A stretch of 64,000 bases of DNA from Eubacteriales bacterium. GTDB taxonomy: Bacteria; Bacillota; Clostridia; Oscillospirales; CAG-272. The translations under genes and the position numbers were made by a program. The stretch is taken from positions 5,086 to 69,085 of the forward strand of contig JAZRAE010000093.1 in the NCBI GenBank assembly GCA_045634385.1. The letters are read 5' to 3'. The notes beneath the pieces are model-generated. The model saw only the letters and a list, made by a program, of their open reading frames with translations. It searched no databases and had not been told where the DNA came from. Positions 54,138 to 60,834 of the stretch are shown here, piece after piece. The stretch's first letter is position 1. Each line of letters begins with the position of its first letter.

Positions 54138-55070
54138 TTACTTTTTATTAGCCTTTTCCTTGGCTCTTTTGTCGTTAATTATCTTCATATGTTCCTCGGT
54201 GATAAGCTCAACTCCATTTTCCTTTGCCCAGCTTACACACCCCTTGAGAACAAGAGGGAGGAATACACGCGGAACTGCGAGTACGGTTTTAAGAGCCTCA
54301 TCGGTGAACTTAACCACATCGTCAACACGGTCTGCAGCATAGCGTACAGATTCGAGAGAAGCCTGACGCATCTGCAAAAGCTCCGCTCTCATACGCGTCT
54401 TTCTGTGGAACCAGAAGTTCTTGCTGTCACGGTAACCGTAGTCAACGGGAAGTCCGGGGAAATCCTTAGCTTTAACACCGTTGATAATAGCATCGGAATA
54501 CTTCTTCTTCATTAAGATCTTGTCAACCTTGAGAATGAAGTGTGCGCCAAATTTACTCGTGATACCGTTGAAATCGTGATAAGGTCCCTCGTAGCCGTTA
54601 AGCTCACCAGGAAGATCCTTGTCAGCTCCGTCAAGCTCACGTACCCAAGTACACTCAATAACCTGGATTGCATCAGTCATAACCATAGGTCTTACGTCCT
54701 CGGGATTTTCTTCCTCGATCATACTCTTCTCGAGCTTGAAGTTGCACTTAGGCATCTTCTCTGAGGGCTTGTCGCCGGGCCAGGAAAGCTTCACCGCTTC
54801 CTTAAACATCTTAGGATCATCATTGATGAAGTTGAGAGCGCACTTTCCGTTTCTCAAGATGTTCTGCGCGGTGTTGGACGAATTACGGCAGCAAAGGAGC
54901 ATTGCATAATAATCCTTACCTGCTACGTAATAGGGCTGAATGAGAGAGTAAGGGCCAAGGTTGGTCGTACCATCCTCACAAAGTGTGCTGATAAGCACAG
55001 TGGGCATCGGGAAGAACAATGACGTCTGATAGAAGTTATCCACGATGCGAAGGTTTTCAAAACTACTCAT
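54138..55070 (-). CDS. flavin reductase-like (FMN-binding split barrel) protein with about 100-aa C-terminal extension
   Basis: 310 aa. FPMPTVLISTLCEDGTTNLGPYS pattern. Confidence 0.5.
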   Translation of the reverse strand: MSSFENLRIVDNFYQTSLFFPMPTVLISTLCEDGTTNLGPYSLIQPYYVAGKDYYAMLLCCRNSSNTAQNILRNGKCALNFINDDPKMFKEAVKLSWPGDKPSEKMPKCNFKLEKSMIEEENPEDVRPMVMTDAIQVIECTWVRELDGADKDLPGELNGYEGPYHDFNGITSKFGAHFILKVDKILMKKKYSDAIINGVKAKDFPGLPVDYGYRDSKNFWFHRKTRMRAELLQMRQASLESVRYAADRVDDVVKFTDEALKTVLAVPRVFLPLVLKGCVSWAKENGVELITEEHMKIINDKRAKEKANKK

Positions 55071-55091
55071 TTTCGTTTCTCCTTTTATTTA

Positions 55092-55610
55092 TTATTTTAT
55101 TATTGATTTCAAAACCGAATATATTTCTTCGAAGCTCTTACCCGCAACCGTCCAAGTAAGCAGGGACTCTGCAATAAATTCTCCCTTAAATGAGATATTA
55201 TCCGTTGCCTCATCAAGCGCAGGTACAATTATTAGAGCTATTTGCGATCTTAAGACGGCGTGATAATCAGAATGTACGGAATTAAAGCTTCTAACCGCCT
55301 CGTCATCCGCAAAAAGATCGCTATGTATGTTAATGAAATTCAGAATGGAGACATGAATCACACGCAAAAGCTCACACGGGTCTGATTTGGATGCCGTTTT
55401 CATTTCATCAAGCGCAACCATCCAATCCTCGAGCATAAACGAAGCAATAAGCATATCCTTTGAGGAAAAATAATTATAAACAGTGCCGACTCCAAGGCCG
55501 CAAGCACCCGCAACGGATCTTATCGTGGTTTTGGCATATCCACGCTCCTTTATTTGTCGCTTTGCCTCGCAAAGCAGATGTTCTCTGACGTTCTGTATAA
55601 TCTTCGGCAT
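55092..55610 (-). CDS. TetR/AcrR-family transcriptional regulator
   Basis: 172 aa. N-terminal HTH GYAKTTIRSVAGACGLGVGTVYNYFSSK. Confidence 0.88.
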   Translation of the reverse strand: MPKIIQNVREHLLCEAKRQIKERGYAKTTIRSVAGACGLGVGTVYNYFSSKDMLIASFMLEDWMVALDEMKTASKSDPCELLRVIHVSILNFINIHSDLFADDEAVRSFNSVHSDYHAVLRSQIALIIVPALDEATDNISFKGEFIAESLLTWTVAGKSFEEIYSVLKSIIK

Positions 55611-55624
55611 TCCTACTCCTTTTT

Positions 55625-55638
55625 ATGAACGTGTTCAT
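55625..55638 (-). promoter_or_regulatory. candidate TetR operator (inverted repeat)
   Basis: ATGAAC-nn-GTTCAT between the -10 and the RBS of the tetR gene. Confidence 0.45.
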
Positions 55639-55648
55639 TTCCAAGTCA

Positions 55649-55677
55649 ATTATATATCTTGTTTCGACAAAAGTCAA
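55649..55677 (-). promoter_or_regulatory. sigma-A promoter of the TetR operon
   Basis: On the minus strand: TTGACT-17 nt-TATAAT. Confidence 0.6.
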
Positions 55678-55734
55678 GTGCTTTTGATATTTTTTTAACA
55701 ATACAAGTTACTTCTTAGTGAATTAAACGATATC

Positions 55735-55780
55735 TATAAAAAATAAGGACAGAGATCGCACTCGCTTTCTCTGTCCTTGC
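55735..55780 (-). terminator. terminator of the alpha/beta-hydrolase gene
   Basis: On the minus strand: AAGGACAGAGA-(12 nt)-TCTCTGTCCTT followed by ATTTTTTAT. Same stem as at 30738-30771. Confidence 0.7.
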
Positions 55781-55809
55781 TTGCATTACTTTAAAAAGTG
55801 ATAAGTTTT

Positions 55810-56562
55810 TTATTTTACAAACTCTGCAATTATAGCAGCGGTTTCCTTGATCTGTCTGGTGTTGGTAATGGTAGCCTCGCCGTCACCCTCCTGAAGACCG
55901 TACATACCAAATCCGGAGTGGTTAGCACCCTCGATAATGGTCGCCTCATGGCTCTTGGGAAGATTTATTCTGTTATCCTTATATGCATTAAGGTCCATGA
56001 TTTTATCAAGATCGCCGTAAATGGTAGCTACCTTGAGATCCGTCGCGGATATATCCTCTTTGGAATAAGCACTGAGAAGAATAAGTCCGTCGAAGCTGTC
56101 TTGGTGAACACTAACGTACTTAGCCGCGATCTCACCGCCCTTTGCATGACCCGCCATATACCAACTCTCCACCTCGGGGAACAACTCTCTGATACCATCG
56201 GCGGCAGTCTGCTTAAGTATCGGGAGATTGTAAGGCATTTTTATCGATATTGCAACTATTCCTTCATCAGCGAAAGCACGCATAAGAGGTAAGTACGCGG
56301 TGTGTTCAACTTTTGTCTCGGGATAGAAGATAACACCCGCTACAGGATTCTCGGGAATGCAAGCAATACTTCCGTCCGGAAGAGTTTCTTCGGTAATATT
56401 ATTGTCCTGCATAAATATTTCAATTGCTTCTTCATCCGCGCGGTAATAATCGTTTGTGAATACAATCAATGAAACAAATAATATTGCGAAAACAATGCAA
56501 GTACAGATAAACATGCTCTTTCTGCGCTGACGCATCATTTCTCTCATTCTGCTTTTTCTCAT
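55810..56562 (-). CDS. membrane-anchored alpha/beta-hydrolase-fold protein with Ala at the nucleophile position
   Basis: 250 aa. N-terminal TM. The nucleophile elbow reads GHAKGG (GCA codon) where GHSxGG is expected. Confidence 0.6.
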   Translation of the reverse strand: MRKSRMREMMRQRRKSMFICTCIVFAILFVSLIVFTNDYYRADEEAIEIFMQDNNITEETLPDGSIACIPENPVAGVIFYPETKVEHTAYLPLMRAFADEGIVAISIKMPYNLPILKQTAADGIRELFPEVESWYMAGHAKGGEIAAKYVSVHQDSFDGLILLSAYSKEDISATDLKVATIYGDLDKIMDLNAYKDNRINLPKSHEATIIEGANHSGFGMYGLQEGDGEATITNTRQIKETAAIIAEFVK

Positions 56563-56596
56563 ATGAAAAACCTCACACAGTAATATTTACCTTTCT

Positions 56597-56625
56597 ATTT
56601 TATCATATTATTATATTTTTTTCAA
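56597..56625 (-). promoter_or_regulatory. candidate sigma-A promoter for the hydrolase gene
   Basis: On the minus strand: TTGAAA-17 nt-TAAAAT, about 35 nt upstream of the start. Confidence 0.4.
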
Positions 56626-56710
56626 CATGTTTTTTCATTTTTGTTTTAAAATAAATTTTTATACGCAATATTAAATCTCATAGCTTATATTTGATCTCTT
56701 CGATTTAAAT

Positions 56711-56748
56711 AAAAAAGATGCACGATAACAAAATTCGCACATCTTTTT
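56711..56748. terminator. terminator closing the GRM-containing transcription unit
   Basis: AAAAAAGATGCACGA-(9 nt)-TCGCACATCTTTTT, imperfect stem. This is the first terminator-like hairpin downstream of 64000 on the minus strand. Confidence 0.55.
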
Positions 56749-56774
56749 GAGTAAATATGTCAATTGTACTTTAC

Positions 56775-57332
56775 TTATTTATACTTTAATCCGTCAGAAA
56801 ACGCCCTGCCAACTATTTCTCCAACAACACGGTAGGTGTGGTTTGCGGAATCGTACGTTATAGGCTTAAGCTTATCGGGATCTATTTTCCCGTCCGTCAA
56901 AAATGCTTCGTCGCAGCTTACGTTCACTATTTCACCTACCAAGCGACAGCTCTCGGGATCATAGCTTTTCACAAGACACTCGACCGCCATCGGTAATTCG
57001 AGAATGATAGGAGCATCGACAAAATCACTCTTTACGGTGTTAAGCCCGCATCGAGAAAGCTTATCCGGTACTTTATTACCACTCTCTATGCCAACGTAAT
57101 CACACTCTTTGACGTAATCGGCAGTAGCCATACTCACTGTGAAAGCACCGCGCACCAAAAAGTTTTTTGTCGTTTTATGATCGGCACTCACGCAAATGGT
57201 TATCTCATTTTCCTCACTTATACCGCCCCAAGCCGCATTCATCGCATTAGGAATCCCCTGTTCATCATATGTTCCGATGATAAACACCGGCATCGGGTAG
57301 ACCATAGGCTTTACACCAAAGTTTTTTCTCAT
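56775..57332 (-). CDS. flavin reductase family protein
   Basis: 185 aa. YPMPVFIIGTYDEQGIPNAMNAAWGG pattern. Confidence 0.7.
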   Translation of the reverse strand: MRKNFGVKPMVYPMPVFIIGTYDEQGIPNAMNAAWGGISEENEITICVSADHKTTKNFLVRGAFTVSMATADYVKECDYVGIESGNKVPDKLSRCGLNTVKSDFVDAPIILELPMAVECLVKSYDPESCRLVGEIVNVSCDEAFLTDGKIDPDKLKPITYDSANHTYRVVGEIVGRAFSDGLKYK

Positions 57333-57341
57333 TTTTTCTCC

Positions 57342-57746
57342 TTATTCCAAAAACCTTTCTCTGCCCCACCAATCGGGCATAAGCTCGCCGAGCTTTACCG
57401 TGGTTTTCTTTTCAAAATCGGCAAGTATTTCGATATCACAGCTTCTTTTAGAAAGTTGCATCATTAACTCTCGGCAAGCACCGCATGGCGATCCTACTCT
57501 GCCGTCGCCCATAATGCAAACAAGCTTTTCAATCTCACACTCACCGTTAGTTATCATATTTGCAATAGCATTTCTCTCGGCACACATACCGAGCGAGCAA
57601 CAAGTGTCTATACAGACACCAACGTATATATTACCGCTCTTTGTCAGTATAGCCGCCGCAACTCCGCCCGCATCAACAAACGGAGATATCACTCTCCCGT
57701 TTTGTACCTTGAGTGCTTTGTTGTATAACGTATCCCAAATATTCAT
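57342..57746 (-). CDS. cdd: cytidine/deoxycytidylate deaminase-fold zinc protein (Cdd/blasticidin-S deaminase-like)
   Basis: 134 aa. CAERNAI and PCGACRE zinc motifs. Confidence 0.7.
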   Translation of the reverse strand: MNIWDTLYNKALKVQNGRVISPFVDAGGVAAAILTKSGNIYVGVCIDTCCSLGMCAERNAIANMITNGECEIEKLVCIMGDGRVGSPCGACRELMMQLSKRSCDIEILADFEKKTTVKLGELMPDWWGRERFLE

Positions 57747-57755
57747 AGCCTGTTA

Positions 57756-58082
57756 TCAGAGCAGATGCACAGGCAGATCATCACCAAGTCCAAAGCGAAG
57801 GAATCCGTCGGGATGAGCCTCAGTTGAAATCTTATCCTCGATATTCGTTTTTGTCTTTGATTCTGCCTTCTTGCATGCCTTTTCTATCTCCGGCTTTTTC
57901 ACAGGAGGCTTTTTCTCCTTGGGTGCTGTATTCTTTTTCGGAGCTGTCTTTTTAGGCTCCGCCTTGATTGGCTCCAATACAGGCTCAGCAATCTCGCTAT
58001 GTTCCATATCGGGAGCAGATGTATTCACCTTTGAATAACCGTTATTTGATACTCTCTTAAGAGCGTTCTTACCTATTGGCAT
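57756..58082 (-). CDS. small basic, largely disordered protein; candidate ParA partner/adaptor
   Basis: 108 aa. N-terminus MPIGKNALKRV, a K/P/E/A/T-rich centre, and a C-terminus GFLRFGLGDDLPVHLL. The start overlaps the parA-like 3' end by 14 nt. Confidence 0.55.
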   Translation of the reverse strand: MPIGKNALKRVSNNGYSKVNTSAPDMEHSEIAEPVLEPIKAEPKKTAPKKNTAPKEKKPPVKKPEIEKACKKAESKTKTNIEDKISTEAHPDGFLRFGLGDDLPVHLL

Positions 58083-58860
58083 ATACGATTATCTCCTTTG
58101 CAAGCTTTGTGTACTCTATAGCACTGCGGCTATATCTCTTGTATGCAACGACAGGCTGACTGTTATCCTGCGCCCACTCGATCGTGGAGTCAATCCTGAT
58201 ATAAGTGTTGAAAAGTCGTGCCGCATCAAATTCCTTTAGAGTCTCATAGGTCTGCTTAAAATAGCTCTTACGCTCATCCGCCTTTGTGATAGCAATACCC
58301 ATAACCTCAAGACGGGGGTTAAGATTCTTAACCTGTGAGATAAAGTCGAACATATTTGCAAGGCCGAAAAGTCCCCACGGGCTTGCCTCGACCGGAATAA
58401 TTATAAAGTCGCTGACAGCAAGAATGTTCATGACCCAACCGCCAAGTGTAGGCGGAGCATCAATGAGAATAAAGTCATAATAACCACGTGCAATTATCGG
58501 CGAGAGGCACTTACGAAGTATGAACTCTCTTTGCCACTTGGTGAACAAATCATATTCGATTGAGCTCATAAGAGAAGATGAGGGTATGATGTCGAGATTT
58601 TCATATTTTGTTTCAGCAACAAAATATGAAAGATCCTTTTCCCCCTTCATTGCAGTATGTATATTTTTCTCATTGGTAGCAAAGCCGAGTGCCTCGTCCT
58701 CGTCAAAGAAGGACAGCGTAAGGTTAAGCTGCATATCACCGTCAATAAGTAATACACGCTTGCCCGCCTTTGCCATTGCAAGACCTACGTTTGAGCAAGT
58801 GGTGGTCTTGCCGCTTCCGCCCTTATTGTTGGCGAACGCTATAACTTTGGTTCTGCTCAT
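58069..58860 (-). CDS. ParA/Soj/MinD-family P-loop ATPase
   Basis: 263 aa. Deviant Walker A NNKGGSGKTT, LLIDGDMQ, Walker B FILIDAPP. ATGA overlap with the pduV-like stop. Confidence 0.88.
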   Translation of the reverse strand: MSRTKVIAFANNKGGSGKTTTCSNVGLAMAKAGKRVLLIDGDMQLNLTLSFFDEDEALGFATNEKNIHTAMKGEKDLSYFVAETKYENLDIIPSSSLMSSIEYDLFTKWQREFILRKCLSPIIARGYYDFILIDAPPTLGGWVMNILAVSDFIIIPVEASPWGLFGLANMFDFISQVKNLNPRLEVMGIAITKADERKSYFKQTYETLKEFDAARLFNTYIRIDSTIEWAQDNSQPVVAYKRYSRSAIEYTKLAKEIIVYANR

Positions 58861-59309
58861 TTTTCTTCTTTCTCCTTTTTCTCGTCCTCGCTCAGATAGT
58901 CGAGGAGCTTATCTATCCCCTCACCCGTCACGGCACTGAGGGGGAATATTTTTTTACAGCCTGCAAGTCTTAACCATCTCTCAACACGCTCAACGTTGGC
59001 ATCCGGCTTATCAATACCGGATATTATGCCGACAACCTCTCGATTGACAAGGCTGGTAATGCAAGGCGAGAAAATTGAGTATGGCTCGTTTGCACTAAGC
59101 ACGAGTCCTACAACGTCCGCCTCATACGAATAAAGTGCCAATGCTCCGCTTGTCTGTCTTAGCTCCGTGTATTCACCCGGAGTATCTATGATGGTATCCA
59201 TATAATTGACGTACTGTGTTTTAAAGTATTTTATCTCCTCGCCGCGCAGAGCCTGAGTCAGAGTGGTCTTGCCTGCGGCTACCCTTCCTATCAGTATAAT
59301 TTTTTTCAT
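58857..59309 (-). CDS. pduV: EutP/PduV-family microcompartment-associated GTPase
   Basis: 150 aa. LIGRVAAGKTTLTQAL and IDTPGEY match EutP/PduV. Confidence 0.85.
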   Translation of the reverse strand: MKKIILIGRVAAGKTTLTQALRGEEIKYFKTQYVNYMDTIIDTPGEYTELRQTSGALALYSYEADVVGLVLSANEPYSIFSPCITSLVNREVVGIISGIDKPDANVERVERWLRLAGCKKIFPLSAVTGEGIDKLLDYLSEDEKKEKEEK

Positions 59310-59312
59310 AGC

Positions 59313-59672
59313 TTAGGTTTTTGTTATCTCGCAGCAGGTGTATCCGAGCTTATTGATAACGTACTCTCTTATAGAAGCAAAAGCCGTCTCCACAGAGGAT
59401 ACGCTGCCCGAAATAATAAGTGTGCCGGTAAATCTGTCAACGAAGCCGATATCAGCTCCGGATGACTTTATAGCAATATCCGCCGCGATAACCGCGCTTT
59501 CTGCAGGAGAGATAGTAAGCACCCCTATTGCAGAACGACTATAATCGGTCTTTGGATCAAGTCCGAGCTTTGTGTATAGAATATCATCAGGGTTGGCAAT
59601 TATATGACACAGTGTCACCTGTTTACCGGGAACCAGCTCCTGTACTATTCTCATTTTTTCTCTAAGTTCCAT
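59313..59672 (-). CDS. pduU: circularly permuted BMC shell protein (EutS/PduU type)
   Basis: Start MELREK with a GGAGG RBS. QELVPGKQVTLCHIIANP...AIGVLTISPAESAVIAADIA...GFVDRFTGTLIISG closely parallels EutS. Confidence 0.85.
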   Translation of the reverse strand: MELREKMRIVQELVPGKQVTLCHIIANPDDILYTKLGLDPKTDYSRSAIGVLTISPAESAVIAADIAIKSSGADIGFVDRFTGTLIISGSVSSVETAFASIREYVINKLGYTCCEITKT

Positions 59673-59744
59673 TTTTCCTCCGAAATATGTAAACAAAAGT
59701 TGTTGTTTAATTGTTATATCCCATTTAAATCTTCATCACAGTAT

Positions 59745-60521
59745 TTATCCGCCGATTTGACACTTAAGCCCCGACGTCTCAGCAACCGACAACAGATGTT
59801 GCATTTTTTCCTTTGCGGGAGGCTCTATTTGTGGGAGTGTATAAACCCTGCCGAGTCCCGCGTATTTATCTGTACCAAGTCTGTGATAAGGTAAAAGATG
59901 ATATTCCTCAACATTCTTAAGCTTTCTTGCAAAGTCTGCAATCGCTTTTATATCCATGTCACTGTCATTAAAAGTCGGAATTACGGGAGTTCTGATTATC
60001 AACTCTACACCACTTTCGGCAATCAGCTTTGCGTTTTCGAGTATACGCTCATTTGAAGCTCCTGTGTACTCCTTGTGCTTATCGCTATCCATATGCTTAA
60101 TATCCATAAGGTAAAGATCAAGATACGGAAGCAGCTTTTCTATATCCGAAAACGGTGCATTTGCACTTGACTCTATCGCTGTATGAAGTCCCACTTCCTT
60201 ACACGCACGGAGCAATTCGGCTGCAAAGTCCGCCTGCGCGAGCACCTCGCCACCCGAAAGCGTCACACCACCGCCGGAGCGTCTGTAATACGGCAGATCA
60301 GCAAGGATCTCGGGCATAATATCCGCAACCGTCACATCACGTCCAACCGTCTTTTCCTTGCCGCCCTCGATAAGAGTCTCTATCTCATATCTCTGCGACT
60401 CCGGATTACAACACCAAGCACATCTCATATAGCAGCCCTTGAAGAACACTATCGTCCTTATACCCGGCCCATCGTGGATCGAAAAGCGTTGTATATTGAA
60501 GATCCTTCCCTTTCTTTCCAT
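59745..60521 (-). CDS. glycyl-radical enzyme activating enzyme (radical SAM), short form without ferredoxin-like insert
   Basis: 258 aa from MERKGRIFNIQRFSIHDGPGIRT. Contains GCYMRCAWCCNPES. No CX2CX2CX3C motifs follow. Confidence 0.88.
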   Translation of the reverse strand: MERKGRIFNIQRFSIHDGPGIRTIVFFKGCYMRCAWCCNPESQRYEIETLIEGGKEKTVGRDVTVADIMPEILADLPYYRRSGGGVTLSGGEVLAQADFAAELLRACKEVGLHTAIESSANAPFSDIEKLLPYLDLYLMDIKHMDSDKHKEYTGASNERILENAKLIAESGVELIIRTPVIPTFNDSDMDIKAIADFARKLKNVEEYHLLPYHRLGTDKYAGLGRVYTLPQIEPPAKEKMQHLLSVAETSGLKCQIGG

Positions 60522-60607
60522 ATTTTTACCTCGAACATTTTTTCTTAATATAACATTCACCGCGCATTTTTTCACTGGTTTGGCAACGATATTTTGATGA
60601 AGTTTTT

Positions 60608-60664
60608 GTCTTCTTCGACCCGAAGCAATAGCTACCTATTGCAAGTTTTCCGAAAAACGAAAAT
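60608..60664. repeat. copy 1 of about 57-bp hairpin-module direct repeat in the GRE-activase spacer
   Basis: GTCTTCTTCGACCCGAAGCAATAGCTACCTATTGCAAGTTTTCCGAAAAACGAAAATA. Contains GCAATAG-ctac-CTATTGC. Confidence 0.85.
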
Positions 60665-60757
60665 ACGCAAATCCTCGATATGAAGATTTTTATAACCCTT
60701 ATCCTCTTCAACCCGTACCTTGGTAGTATTAGTCGTACAAATTTTTAGATAGATTTG

Positions 60758-60816
60758 TCGTTCTTGAGGCCGAAGCAATAGTTACCTATTGCGAGTTCGC
60801 CGAAAAACGGCGAATA
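60758..60816. repeat. copy 2 of the hairpin-module direct repeat
   Basis: GTCGTTCTTGAGGCCGAAGCAATAGTTACCTATTGCGAGTTCGCCGAAAAACGGCGAATA. Same order of elements, 150 bp from copy 1. Confidence 0.85.
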
Positions 60817-60834
60817 TATCAAAAATTTGATAGA

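Noticed and set aside
58069-58860. ParA-like gene as the chromosomal Soj or a plasmid partition ATPase
   Set aside because: There is no ParB/Spo0J HTH gene, parS-like sequence, gidB/rsmG/dnaA or plasmid replication gene nearby. Its start codon overlaps the stop of a microcompartment gene (the pduV-like gene).
60526-60711. 61-aa minus-strand ORF in the GRE-activase spacer
   Set aside because: It overlaps the extended, probably false, activase N-terminus and runs through the hairpin repeat. It has no RBS.
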